Shown here in pieces: positions 38,995 through 53,322 of a DNA stretch of 64,000 bases. Source of the stretch: Eledone cirrhosa (Eukaryota); the NCBI GenBank assembly GCA_964016885.1, contig OZ024757.1:30876001-30940000 (forward strand). Direction: 5' to 3'. How positions within the stretch are numbered: position 1 is the first letter of the stretch; every line of letters starts with the position of its first letter. Below the pieces are notes generated by a model, which was not told the DNA's origin, made no database searches, and saw only the letters and a program-made list of their open reading frames with translations. The translations under genes were made by a program, and so were the position numbers.

Positions 38995-39830
38995 GTAGAT
39001 ATATATATATATATATATAGGTACATAGGGTGGTACGTTATAGGTAATCAGGTTAGAGTTTGTGAGTACTCTGCGTCGTGGATAGTTTTAACGTACGGCT
39101 TTGTTTAACTCAACAAGATGTTTCCATAGTTAGGCAGCAAGTTCGCAGTAATTCCTATGGAGGTTACACTTGGAGTAATAATAGTGAGAGTATGAAGAGT
39201 AACATGGTTGGCTTTACAACAAGGGGCTTTATTGTACAGCGAACCTTGTTACTCTTCATTCTTTCACTATATATATATATATATATATATATACAGAGTA
39301 AAAAGCAAGTAAGCTAATCAGGAGGAGAGAGAAGTGATTAGTTATGCAGCTTACTAGCCAGTAGAGAGAAGGCTAGTGTGCTCAATACATATAGGTTGTT
39401 AGACTAGTGAGCTATGTGATTAGATGTAAAGAGAGTTAGTTTAACAATCGTATAATAAGCAGAGCAAAAAATCATATTTAAAATGCTGGAGAGAACAACA
39501 AAGATTTATGAATACATATATATTTAATGGCTGACAAGTTGTTTCAAATACTGCACAGTAAGAATGGACATTGAAATGGCAAGAGCTCAGCTCTATATAA
39601 TATAGTCATACTCTACTACCACAAGTATTGAGTACTCTGTTGAGTAATGCCCTAACAAGTTTTAAATTGGTTCTATCCTGATTTATATATATATATATAT
39701 ATATATAATGCACACACTCATGTACATATACTGACATAAAGTATAGATATTTAAATTACAGAACAGCTGCCTGTAGAGATGACAAGAAATTCTAGTAACC
39801 CAGTGAATGCTTAGTTTGAAGAAATATATT

Positions 39831-40041
<211 letters not shown>

Positions 40042-40054
40042 TATATATATAAAT

Positions 40055-40085
<31 letters not shown>

Positions 40086-40100
40086 AATATATATATATAA

Positions 40101-40267
<167 letters not shown>

Positions 40268-40316
40268 AATATGATTTCTGAAGAATGAAACAGTTCTGGT
40301 CCTGTGGAATCTCATC

Positions 40317-40348
<32 letters not shown>

Positions 40349-40355
40349 GATACAT

Positions 40356-40416
<61 letters not shown>

Positions 40417-41521
40417 AATATATATACATTTGTATGAAATATATGTGTGTTATTATAATATATGTATGTATTGTGTATGCATGTGTGCGTGTATATATAT
40501 ATATACATAAAGTAGTAAGATTTATATAGTAATAAGATTTATATACCTGGTATAATGAATACTTTATATATATATATATATATATATGTGTGTATATATA
40601 TATGCATATAAACACATGAATATATATATACTTACACCCTATGTATATGAATATATATATACATTCAGCCTATATATATATATATATATGTACAGCCTAT
40701 ATATATGTATATATACATATACCCTATATATATATGTATATATACATACACCCTATATATATGTATATACATACACCCTATATATATATACACCATATAT
40801 ATATACACGCACATATATATATACACACATACACACACCCATATATACATACATACATATATACATACTTATAAACATACATACATATATACATACATAC
40901 ATATATACATAGATACATACATACATATATACATACATACATATATACATACATACATATATACATACATACATACATATATACATATATACATACATAG
41001 ATACATACATACATAGATACAGAGATACATACACACATACATACATACATACATACAATACATAGATACATAGATATATACATACATACATACATACATA
41101 CATATAAAAATATATGTAGTGTTCACAGTAGAAAAAGCTACACAAAAGACTCATTTAACAGAATAAATCTATCATAAAGACGGTGCAATGAAAGAACTAA
41201 GTCGTTAGCGTCTATTATAAATAGCCAGTAAAGTAATCGTCTCTTGTTCAAAGAGTGGAATATTGTGCTTCCAATTAAGAAAATGAAAGTCTACAGAGGA
41301 ATTTGAAAAATAAAACAAAAGCTTAAAGGAATTTTATAAAATGGAAATGGTAAATTATCCTTTTTATTTTTTAAAATTTAGATTTGGTTTTTCTTCTTCT
41401 TAAATTTTTGGTGGTTTTTGTTAATTTTTTAAACCCCTACTCTCTCTGTATATATTTATATATAAATATATATATAAATATATAGATAAATATATATATA
41501 AATATATATATAAATATATAG

Positions 41522-41569
<48 letters not shown>

Positions 41570-41570
41570 A

Positions 41571-41622
<52 letters not shown>

Positions 41623-41760
41623 GTGTGTGTACTCACACACACAGAAACATATACATATGTATATGCACACACACATATATATACATATATGTGGATATAT
41701 ATATATAATATATATATGCACATATATATATATATATATGGATATATATATATATATATG

Positions 41761-41896
<136 letters not shown>

Positions 41897-41959
41897 TATA
41901 TACACACATATATACACATATAAAAGGTAAATATATACTACCAATACAATTATCCCCAC

Positions 41960-42554
41960 TTCCACCACCACCACCACCACCACCACACCACCACTACAAC
42001 CACTATCACCACCACCACCATTATGATCACCATCATCATCATCATCGTAATCATCACCACCACACCACCACACCACCACCACCAAAGTGACTGTGGTATT
42101 GGTTAGCAATTATTCAATCTTCAAAAGAAATTGTAATTAAATTTGGTGTAATTCTAACAAACCTATCAGACAGTTATCTCCCCTGTTTGTGTCGACAGAA
42201 CTACAAAGGTTCCACACAAAAGGCTCCTTTTTATAAGTCGCCACTTCTTTTAGCTTTTCTTCTTCTTATCATCATCATCATCACATCATCACCATCATCA
42301 CATCATCACATCATCATCATCATCACATCATCATCATCATCACATCATCTTCATCATCATCACATGCTTCTTCTCATAATCCTCACATCATCATCACATC
42401 ATCATCATCATCCTACCACCACCACCACCACCGCCGCCGCCATCTTCATAATCCTCACATCCTCATCACATCATCATCATCATCATCATCACCATCATCA
42501 CTACCACATTCATAATCCTCATCAACATCACTTTCATTATCCTCCACCTTCACC

Positions 42555-42587
<33 letters not shown>

Positions 42588-42890
42588 ATGTCGTCATCAG
42601 TTCATCATCCCACCACCACCACCACCACCACCACCACCACCACCACCACCACCACCACCGCCACCACCATGTTCATAATCCTTGTCATCACATCCTTTTC
42701 ATTATTATCATCATCAATGCTTCTTCATCCCACCACCATCACCGCCGCCATTTTCATAATCCTCATCATCACATCTTCATCATCATCATCATCATCACAT
42801 CCCCTTCCTCATCATCATCACATCCTCCTCCTGCATCATCCTCATCAACGTGGTCATCACCATCATCACCATCATCACCATCATCCCACC
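41960..42890. repeat. (CAT)n/(CAC)n trinucleotide low-complexity region
   Basis: Triplet repeats produce the His/Pro/Thr-run ORFs. A short unique island lies at 42085-42255. Confidence 0.85.
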
Positions 42891-42894
42891 ATCC

Positions 42895-43730
42895 CATTTC
42901 AAATCCCACCGAGTTTAGTTTTTGCCTTTCATCCATACGGGGGTTGATAAAATAATTGTTTCTACTTTAGGCACAAGGCCAGCAATTTACCCAGTGCATG
43001 ACTGGTACTTTATTTTATCGACCTCGAAAGGATGAAAGGAATAGTAATAATTGTTTCTACTTTAGGCACAAGGCCAGCAATCACCCAGTGTATTACTGGT
43101 ACTTTATTTTATCGACCCCCGTAAGGATGAAAGGCAAAGTCAACCTCGGCGGGATTTGAACTCAGATCGTAAAGGGACGTAACTCTATGCTAGAAAGCAT
43201 GGCGTCCGACCCTCGACCGATACTGCCAATCCACCGCCCTTGGGGGTTGATAAAATAATGTACCCATAATGCACTAGGGTTAATTTAATCGACTCACCCC
43301 AAATTTTTGGCCTTGTGTCTATAGTAGAAATCATTATTATTATTATGATTGGCAGTATCGGTAGAGGGTCAGATGCCATGCTTTGACGCATAGAGTTACG
43401 GCCCTTGCCATTCTGAGTTCAAATCCCGCCGAGGTTAACTTTGCCTTTCATCCTTACGGGGGTCGATAAAATAAAGTACCAGTAATACACTGGGTAATTG
43501 CTGGCCTTGTGCCAAAAGTAGAAACAATTATTATTATTATGAATTGCCAGTATCAGTAGAGTGTTGGGCACCCTTCTTTGCGGCATAGAGTTACCACCCT
43601 TTATGTCCTGAGTTGAAATTCCGCCAAGGTTAGCTTTGCCTTTCATCCTTACAGGGTCGATTTAATCGACTTTCACCCTACCCCTACCCCAAAATTGCTG
43701 GCCTTGTGCCTAATGTGGAAATAATTATCA
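42895..43730. mobile_element. Cluster of about six Nin/Deu-like SINE copies and fragments in both orientations
   Basis: Plus-strand pieces at ~42895, 43240, 43348 and 43543; minus-strand pieces at 42955-43240. Confidence 0.8.
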
Positions 43731-43947
43731 TTATGGAATATTTTTAGACAAATACTAGAGATCCCCTGTGACCCATTGGGTCACGTTCACTTCAAAATAT
43801 AAAAAAAAAATCATGTTCACTTAAAAATAATTTTTAAATAATTAAAATATACACAGACTTGTATATAATGTGAAATGAAACTGGAAGGCCCATATCTATA
43901 TATACATGTGTGTATGTATATATATAAGTGTGTATGCGTGTGTGTGT

Positions 43948-43980
<33 letters not shown>

Positions 43981-43981
<1 letters not shown>

Positions 43982-44186
43982 CATCATCATCATCATCATT
44001 TTATGTCCGCTCTTCCCTGCTTGCAAGGGTGGGACGGGTCCTATTCAGCACAGCATCTCTCCACTCGTCACAGTCCTTCGTCATCTCCACCGTGAGTTTC
44101 AGCGATCTAAGGTCTGTTCTCACCACCTCCGCCCATGTTTTTCGTGGTCTTCCTCTACCACGTCTTCCTTCAACTGGCATTTCCTG

Positions 44187-44187
<1 letters not shown>
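43981..44187 (-). mobile_element. RTE LINE 3' fragment
   Basis: QEMPVEGRRGRGRPRKTWAEVVRTDL…REERT plus (GAT)n; matches 45606-45830. Confidence 0.9.
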
Positions 44188-44219
<32 letters not shown>

Positions 44220-44222
44220 ATG

Positions 44223-44255
<33 letters not shown>

Positions 44256-45419
44256 ATATATATATATATGTGGGTGTCTGAGATCTATATGCACTGGTCA
44301 TAGACACACACATACATACACACACACACAAACACATATATATATATACACACACACTCACATATATATGTCTCTCTTTCAATCTACTCTCTCACAACCA
44401 CTATCTCTTTCTCTCTCTCTCTCTGTTTATGAAGGTACCCCGAAAAACCCCATATCTCGGGAACCCGTGCTCCGATTTATGCGAAACCTGTTTTATTCCA
44501 TTTGTATCCCCATTTCAGGGTCAACTTCCTTTCAAAGTATTTTCCCATTATGCACCGTTTTGGCTGTATTACATTACAAACAAGCAAGCAAGCAATCACA
44601 GAGTTTTAGTAGTATATAGATAAATGCTTTAACTATTTTGATACCTAGTTCTACGAAACCAAACCATGTTCCTATTTAAACAAAAATCTTCCAACATAAT
44701 TTAAATAAAAATCTATGAATTAAGCTATGTTACAAATACCGTCTTTATAATGAAATAATTAATAATCACTGTAAATTCTTCATTAATTGATTAAAATACT
44801 GTGTATTTCATAAGAAATATGGTAAACAACATTGGCACCATGTCTTATTATGTCTGATGATAGTCAAATTTGTGATGAACAATTCCTTCACATTCTTCTC
44901 TATCCTTAACCATAGTTTCTAGCTCAGTAAATTTGCTGCTGGCCATTTCTACATTTTCCTTCAATCAAACCAAGCAATTTGTTTCCAGCCTGATCCAGTT
45001 TCCTTCTAAGGCAGTGAACTGGCAGAGTAGTTAGAATGTCTATCAATCTATTAGTTTCTCCCACAAGCATTATACCAACAAAGATATTTATGATGCTGTT
45101 GTTGCAAGCCGTCTATATTACATAGTCCTTTTAGTTAAATCGTTGAAACCACAAGCGCTCTAAAAGCTGAGGAGACAATTTAATGTTTGCGAGATCCCCT
45201 CTCATCCATTTTATTCCTTTCATGTTTCTTCCTATCGTTTCTACAAGCCAATACACTTCTAGCCACTGATTTCTATCCTTTGAGGTAAATTTTACCCGGT
45301 GCCGCCATTGATAGCATTTTGCTGCTTTAACAGCTTCCTTGTGCTGAATTCTTCCAATTACTATATGAATTCTAATGTGTTTCAAACTCGATATTCGAGA
45401 TACATTTGTTTATATATAT

Positions 45420-45792
45420 ATGGAGAGAAATGAGGCAAGCATGCTCCATTGGATGTGTAGTGTAAATGTGCGTGAACGACCCAGCATAAATGTGTTGAGA
45501 GACAAACTGTGTCTGAGAGGGATAGAATGTAGTGTACGGGAGAGGAGACTGAGGTGGTATGGACATGTGATGCACATGGAGGATGACCGATGGGTGAAGA
45601 AGTGCCAGGAAATGCCAGTTGAAGGAAGATGTGGTAGAGGTAGACCACGAAAAACATGGGCGGAGATGGTGAGAGCAGACCTCAGATCATTGAAGCTCAC
45701 GGTGGAGATGACGAGGGACCGTGACGAGTGGATAGATGCTGTGCTGAATAAGACCCGTCCCACCCTTGCAAGCAGGGAAAAGCGGACGTAAA

Positions 45793-45832
<40 letters not shown>
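45420..45832 (+). mobile_element. 5'-truncated RTE LINE with an open ORF C-terminus and (GAT)n tail
   Basis: ERNEASMLHWMCSV…[13 protein letters not shown]…GRPRKTW. The stop codon is immediately followed by (GAT)n. Confidence 0.9.
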
Positions 45833-45833
<1 letters not shown>

Positions 45834-45861
45834 ATATATATATATATATATATATATAATT

Positions 45862-46135
45862 GTGATCCAAATGGATGATGATTGCTGTGTGAAGACGTGC
45901 CAGGAAATCCCAGTAGAAGGAAGCTACAGTTGAAGTAGACCAAGGTAAACCTGGGCGGAGGTGGGGATAGCTGATCTCAAATTGCTGAGACTCACAGAGG
46001 AGATGGTGAAAGAATGCGACAAATGGAGAGATGCTGTGCTGAAAAGGACCTGTCCAGCCCATGCAAGCATGGAAAAAAAAGAAAAAAGAAAAAAAAAACA
46101 GACGGAAAAATGCTGCTACTGATGATGATGATGAT
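45862..46135 (+). mobile_element. Older degraded RTE 3' fragment
   Basis: Similar to 45575-45830, with substitutions and stops. Confidence 0.7.
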
Positions 46136-46797
46136 AATTGTTAAAAGCTAGCTATGACATAAAACCACATTAACAGAGGAGCTATCGGAAACACCATAGA
46201 TTCTACTATCTAAAAACTGTCAAAAAAATAATTTATCTCTTAGCTAACTCAAAACTAAATAATATAGGGAAAGATTTTATTTTTATGTTACTTAATAAAA
46301 ATCTCACGATAACTATATATCTCCTTACTAGCTGTCAATCAACAGATTTTGACAGTTTAAAAATAATTCCAGCTATATTATTTTCGATAACACCCCTGCC
46401 CGACTTTTATTGTTTTCTTAAATAGTTGAGTATGAATGTTGCATTGATGTTGGTGTGTTTTAAATCTGTATTTGATTCTTTTTCATCCTACTTTATCTTT
46501 GTATTGCAGTACCCATATATGGTAGCAAAAATATGTTTATTCACACCTTTGAAAAAAGAAAACCAACAGGAAACCATACAGTACAATGAAGATATATATT
46601 AGTTTAATGCTTGGTAAAGTAGGGAAAGTGTCTCAACGTTTTCAACATTGCTCTTTCATCAGAAGATGGAATGAAAGATGAAAGAAGAAATTGAAAGGTA
46701 GATGAGGGTAAGAAGAGGAAGAAATGGGGGAAAAATTATAGTTTGGGAGATTTTGGAGAAAAAGCACGTGTGGTTAGTTAGCTATTTTGAAGATGTG

Positions 46798-46835
<38 letters not shown>

Positions 46836-46927
46836 AAAGGGTAAAAGGTAAACAGAAATAACAACACAATCGGTACAGTATATGGAAGGGATATATTAGG
46901 TTAACGCTTGATATAGCAGGAAGAGGG

Positions 46928-46963
46928 TCTTAACGTTTCGGACGCTAGTCCTTCATCAGAAGA
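46928..46963 (-). ncRNA. Minimal type I hammerhead (intact member of the 2151/13070/46579 family)
   Basis: UCUU-CUGAUGA-A-GGAC[UAGC]GUCC-GAAA-CG-UU^AAGA. Stem III is the palindrome AACGUU. Confidence 0.7.
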
Positions 46964-47065
46964 AAGAATGAGAAATAAGAAAGATTGAGGGGATGGAGGG
47001 TTGGAATTGGAATTGGAAAAAATATTGTTTCGTCAGTCCGATTTGACGAATGTCGATCAACTGTC

Positions 47066-47113
<48 letters not shown>

Positions 47114-47271
47114 TAAAATAACAGATTAAAGTTTAAGAAAAGAATCGCTGCTTTCACCCTTAACGGGATCTTCTGAAACTTTATGGTTTTTATATATTTG
47201 ATATATATATTATCCTTATCGAGCTCTCTTCGGATTTTAGTCTTCACATTTATTATTATTACTATATATAT

Positions 47272-47718
47272 ATACCCAAGAAGACTTTGGATGAGGTGAT
47301 AAAGGCCGACCTTACCCAATTGCACCTCTCAAGGGCAATGACACATGACCGTGACCTCTGGTGTCACGCAGTAATACAGAAGACCTCCCCTCCCACAGGA
47401 ACAAGCCGAAGCTGAAGCATATAGACAATATGCCTCCCCCTCCATTGCAAAGTGGTCGTGAAGGTACCACGGCAAAAAAAGCACCCAGCAATCACTGTAA
47501 AGTGGACCCGTAGGCGCCACGGAAAAAAAGCACCCAGCACTCACTGTAAATGAGGTTGGTGTTAGGAAGTGCATCCAGCTGTAGAAATCAAGCCAGAATC
47601 AGTTCCAGTATGAGCAAGACAAGGTCAGCCGACTGGACAATGCCCACAACAGGACAACCCGTCTAACCCATGCTAGCGTGGAAGAACGGACGTGAAACAA
47701 TGATGATGATGATGATGA
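47272..47718 (+). mobile_element. RTE LINE 3' end with 3' UTR
   Basis: PRRL-W-DEVIKADL-like remnant, shared tail CACTGTAAATGAGGTTGGTGTTAGGAAG…AACCCATGC, and (GAT)n. Confidence 0.8.
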
Positions 47719-47957
47719 CCACTTCTAACTTACTTTTTCGTTACTTACATCTTATCGTCCATTTTGCATTGTTTAGCCTTATATCAATTTTCACATTATA
47801 TATATTTATATATATATACTACATTATATATATACTACATTATATATATATATACTACATTATATATATATACTACATTATATATATATATATACTATAT
47901 TATATATATACTACATTATATATATATATACTACATTATATATATATATATACTGTA

Positions 47958-48146
47958 GGGCGGTGGATTGGCAGTATCGGTAGAGGGTCGGACGCCATGC
48001 TTTGCAGCATAGTTACGTCCCTTTACGGACTGAGTTCAAATCCCGCCGAGGTTAACTTTGCCTTTCCTCCTTACGGAGTCGATAAAATAAAGTACCAGTA
48101 ATGCACTGGGTAATTGCTGGCCTTGTGCCTAAAGTAGAAACAATTA
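47958..48146 (+). mobile_element. Nin/Deu-like tRNA-SINE, full length
   Basis: GGGCGGTGGATTGGCAGTATCGGTAGAG…GAGTTCAAATCCCGCCGAGGTTAACTTTGCCTTTC…GTCGATAAAATAAAGTACCAG…GAAACAATTA. Confidence 0.85.
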
Positions 48147-49444
48147 TATATATATATACTACATTATATATATATATATATATATATATACACTACTACT
48201 ACTAAATTCATCCACTTCTTTGTGGTGACATGATAAAACCTTTCCATCTCACACGATCCAACATTAACTGCCTTAGTTCTTCACCAGATAATTCCGTATC
48301 TTCTTCAATGACTCCCTTTAATGCCTGCAGAGGTCTTCCATGTTTGCATTTTCACATTAGTCAATTCTCTCATAGTAAAAGTTTTGTAACAGGTTCATTG
48401 CTTTTCATGACATGACCTGCAATTTAAAGACGCCTGATATGGATGATATGGCTAATGGATGGATGGGATGGATGGGATGGATGGGAGGTTGCCTTAAAGA
48501 ATTTTGTTTGTAACATGGTCAAGAGGTTTGATGTTTTTTTTTTGTATCCTTTTTAGTATTCTGACCGCAGAAGGAGAAACTGACTTCTTTGAGGTAGTCA
48601 CAGACGTGCTTCAAAGCAATCCCCTTACATTGTATTTATTTATCATCGTACTTCATTATACATTACATATTGCTATTGATGATTTCGATGGCTTTATCTT
48701 TATATAAATTTGAGTGACTTCTGTCCATTACACTGTTGTGTATGTGTGTATTTTGTGTGTGTGTGTGTTTGTGGTAACGTATGTGTGTGTGTAAAAGGAA
48801 GGAAGGAAGGGGATGGTGAAAAAAACTATAGCAAAACAGTGGATGGCGTTCCATTTGCTATGCTGTGTGTGAGTGTATGTGTGTGTTTGTTTATATGTGT
48901 GTGTTTATATGTGTGTTTATATGTGTTTTTATATGTGTGTTTATATGTGTGTTTATATGTGTTTGTGTGAATATATGTGTGTTTGTGTGAATGTTTATGT
49001 GAATGTATATGTGTGTTTGTGTGAATGTTTATGTGTGTGTTAGTGTGAATGTATGTGTGTAGTGTGTTTGTGTGAATGTATGTGTGTGTGTTTGTGTGAG
49101 TGTATGTGTAGTGTATTTGTGTGAATGTGTGTTTGTGTGAATGTATGTGTGTCTAGTGTGTTTGTGTGAATGTATGTGTCTGTGAGAATATATATGTGTA
49201 TTTGTGTGAATTTATGTCTGTCAGTGTATTTTTATGTGCCTGTGTTTGCGTGTTTATATTTATATACTCATACATATAAATGTATGCATATACACATACA
49301 CACATGCACACATATATACACATACACGCCAGCATGTTGAAAAAAATCCTAGTCTTTCAAAAGCGTAGAAGCACGAGATGTCCATCACAACACTTAGCAG
49401 ATATGGAATTCACTGATGACATTGTCTTATGTGCATATATAATA

Positions 49445-49715
49445 TTTGTTTCTACTTTTGGCACAAGGCCAGCAATTACCTCAGTATATTACTGGTACTT
49501 TATTTTATCGACTCCGTAAGGATGAAAGGCAAAGTTAACCTCGGCGGGATTTGAACTCAGATCATAAAGGGGCGTAGTTTCTTATTTAGGCACAAGGCCA
49601 GCAATTTTTTGGGGAGAGCAAAGTTGATTAAATTGACTCCAGTGTGTGACTGGTACTTTATTCTATCGACCCTGTAAGGATGAAAGGTAAAGCTAATCTC
49701 AAAGGAATTTAAACT
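49445..49715 (-). mobile_element. Two tandem Nin/Deu-like SINE fragments
   Basis: Reverse-complement matches to the 47958 family. Confidence 0.75.
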
Positions 49716-50307
49716 GAGAAATAAACTATATGTATGTGTGTATGTATGTGTGTGTGCATGTATGTATGTATGTATGTGTGCATGTATGTATGTGTGTATG
49801 TGTGCATGTATGTATGTGTGCATGTATGTATGTGTGTGTGCGTGTATGTATGTGTGCATGTATGTATGTGTGTGTACATGTATGTATGTATGTGTGTGTA
49901 CATGTATGTATGTGTGCATGTATGTATGTGTGTGTATGTATGCATGTATGTATGTATGTGTGCATGCATGTATGGATGTATGTATATACACACACAACCA
50001 TATATATATATATATATATATAAAAATATATACACACAATCATATATACACACCCAATCATATATACACATACAACCATGTATATACACAGACACACAAC
50101 CATATATACAGACACAACCATATATACACACACACAACCATATATACACAGAGACACAACCATATACACACACACAATCATATACACACAGACAACCATA
50201 TATATACACATTCAACCATATATATACACACACATACAACCATATATACACACAAAACCATATATATACACACACACAACCATATATACACACACACACA
50301 CACACCC

Positions 50308-50338
<31 letters not shown>

Positions 50339-51117
50339 TACACACAACCTGCCAATGTCAATCCTTTGTTCTCCTATCTCTTTCACCCCCCCCCCCCCCC
50401 ATCTACCAGACCCTTCTATTGGTCATTCCAAAGTGAAGTCAGCTGAAACCAAACCTGGAACAGAATATCTTTGATGGATTCCTGCTGCTTTCTTTTACCA
50501 TTTCACCAATGGAGTACACACACACACATGCCCCCCCCCCCCCCACATACACACACATGCCCCCCCCCCCCCCCCACATATCCACCACACACACATACCC
50601 CCCACACATACCCCCCCCACACACACCCCACACACATACACCTCTACATACACCCCCATACACACATACACTCCCACACCCATACACATACACCCCCACA
50701 CACAAACACACCTCTACACCCACATACATCCCCCACACACATACCCCCCACACATACCCCACACACACATACACCTCCACATACACCCCCATACACACAT
50801 ACACTCCCACACACACACACACATACACACACACACACACATGTACCCCACACACACATACACCTGCACACACATACCCCCCACCCACACACGCATACAC
50901 CCCACATATACCCCCCCCCCCCCCCCCCCACACACATACACCTCCACACACATACCCCCACCCCCACACATACCCCCCACACATACCCCCCCCCCACACA
51001 TATATATATAATAAAGATACCTATACTCTACCATTGTATTGAGTACCTCTTTTTTAACTGTGGTTACCCCTCGACACAACTTGGGTATCTACATATTATA
51101 TATATATATATATATAA

Positions 51118-51430
51118 GGGCGGTGAATTGGCAGTATCGGTAGAGGGTCATGCTTTCCACCATAGTTACGTCCCTTTACAATCTGAGTTCAAATCCCGCC
51201 GAGGTTAACTTTGCCTTTCATCCTTACGGGGTCGATAAAATAAAGTACCAGTAATGCACTGGGTTATTGCTGGCCTTGTGCCAAAAGTAGAAACAATTAT
51301 TATTATCATTATTGCTATTTAATCCCGCCGAGGTTGACTTTGCCTTTCATCCTTACGGAGTCGATAAAATAAAGTACCAGTAATGCACTGGGTAATTGCT
51401 GGCCTTGTGCCTAAAGTAGAAACAATTATT
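51118..51430 (+). mobile_element. Nin/Deu-like SINE plus a second 5'-truncated copy
   Basis: Full copy 51118-51300 and partial copy 51320-51430. Confidence 0.8.
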
Positions 51431-51595
51431 GCTATTTCTATTATATATCATCATCATCATCATCATCGTTTAACGCTAGCATGGGTTAGACGGGAATTGT
51501 CCCACTTGAGGCAAGATTGGTCGTCTCACTCATATAGGACTATCTGGCAGGTTTTCTACAGCTGGATGCCCTTCCTAACACCAACCATATTTACA

Positions 51596-51631
<36 letters not shown>

Positions 51632-51886
51632 CGTTTCTGAATTTGTTTAGCAAGATTCTTTATCTGAAAACGTGTGTTGAAACCGGTATTGTTATACTTG
51701 TGAATGAAAACACACACACACACACATAGAACAAACAACCAACCAGTAACATGTAAATAAGCAAATAAAAACACACACAGACACCCGGATGTAACACATG
51801 CGCAAACTAAGCACACAACACACGCAAAAACAAGATGGCGTAGGACAGAACAAAGGAGAGGCACAAAACAAAGAAAAGAATCTCCA

Positions 51887-51929
51887 GTCACTGAAGAGGT
51901 CACAGAATGTGTGACGAAAGAACTTTGAC
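51887..51929 (+). ncRNA. Minimal type I hammerhead within a ~450-bp non-repetitive insert in (TA)n
   Basis: GUCA-CUGAAGA-G-GUCAC[AGAAUGU]GUGAC-GAAA-GAAC-UU^UGAC. Confidence 0.7.
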
Positions 51930-52154
51930 AATATATGAACAACCGTCCGGTTGTAGAACCAACCAACAAACCGGAAATTTATAAATTCTTAAATTTATAA
52001 ATTTAATTTCTAATAAATTGGAGTGAAAGCAACTGATGCGTGTGTTTCTTATTGGCAACATGACCCTCCCAAAGTATAACAATATATATATATATATGCT
52101 AGCGTGGAAGAATGGATGTAATACGGTGATGATGATGATATATATATATATATA

Positions 52155-52345
52155 AGTAGTTCCACAACAGTTAGTTCACCATACCGAGAACTATTGTTTC
52201 ACCTTATTCGGATCAGACCCGTATAAGGTGAAACAATTGTTCTCAGTATGGTGAACTAACTGGTGTGGAACTACTACTACCAAACTCGTCCCATGGACCG
52301 AGTGCTCTACTACTATGGATATAACTCTCCAGTGTTCTACCTTAT
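52155..52345 (+). mobile_element. Fold-back insertion in (TA)n: imperfect ~57-bp-arm palindrome carrying only the 3' half of a hammerhead
   Basis: 52155-52211 versus ~52219-52275 are reverse complements with about 4 mismatches. The arms contain GAAA-CAAUUG-UU but no CUGANGA. Confidence 0.65.
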
Positions 52346-52364
52346 ATATATGTATACATATATA

Positions 52365-52678
52365 TGGATGTGTTGAGAGAGAAACTGTGTCTGAGAGGGA
52401 TAAATTGTAGTGAGCGGGAGAGGAGACTGCGATGGTATGGACATCTGATGCGCATGGACGATGACCGATGGGTGAAGAAGTGCCAAGAAATGCCAGTTGA
52501 AGGAAGACGTAGCAGAAGAAGACCACGAAAAACATGGGCGGAGGTGGTGAGAGCAGACCTCAGAATCGCTGAAGCTCATGGTGGAGATGACGAAGGACCG
52601 TGACAAGTGGAGAGATGCTGTGCTGAATAGGACCCGTCCCACCCTTGCAAGCAGGGATAAGCGGACGTAAAATGATGA
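52365..52678 (+). mobile_element. RTE LINE 3' fragment
   Basis: VLREKLCLRGI…[13 protein letters not shown]…RPRKTW; matches 45490-45800. Confidence 0.9.
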
Positions 52679-52697
52679 TATATTTATATATAGTGGA

Positions 52698-53043
52698 GGC
52701 ACATGGCTTAGTGGTTAGAGCATTGGCCTTGTAATCGAAAGGTTGTGAGTTCAATTCTCAGACTGGGTGATGTGCTGTTTCCTTGAGCAAGACACTTTAT
52801 TTCACATAGCTCCAGTTTACTCAGCTGTAGAAATGAGATGATAGAGTCTGGGGTCCCTATCATTCCACTGCAAAGCGGTTGAGGAGGTGCCACGGCAAAA
52901 AAAGCACCCAGCACTCACTGTAAATGAGCTTGGTGTTAGGAAGGGCATCCAGCTGTAGAAATCAAGCCCGAATCAGGACAACCTGTCCCACCCTTGCAAG
53001 CAGGGAAAAGCGGACGTAAAATGAAATGATGAATGATGATGAT
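52698..53043 (+). mobile_element. Full-length composite tRNA-SINE (tRNA head, CORE-like block, RTE-type tail)
   Basis: A/B boxes, CCTTGAGCAAGACACTT, and a 3' end GTCCCACCCTTGCAAGCAGGGAAAAGCGGACGTAAAATGA matching the RTE 3' end at 45757-45795. Confidence 0.88.
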
Positions 53044-53322
53044 ATATATTATCATTTAATTGTTTCTATTTTAGGCACAAGGCCAGCAATTACCCAGTAC
53101 ATTACTGGTACTTTATTTTATTGACCCCGTAAGGATGAAAGGCAAAGTTAACCTCGGCCGGATTATATATATATAATCATTTAATGTCAGTCTTAAATGT
53201 TATTGATGGAGGCAATGATAATGATGTTGATGTTGATGTTGATGTTATAAAGGAAACTCCCAGGTGTCTAAAACAGGAAACATTTTATTTAAATAAATCA
53301 ATTGAATTAAAGTTGATAGCTA

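Noticed and set aside
47140-47180. Minus-strand CAGAAGA-UCCC..GGGU-GAAA motif
   Set aside because: The core is altered and there is no convincing stem I or III.
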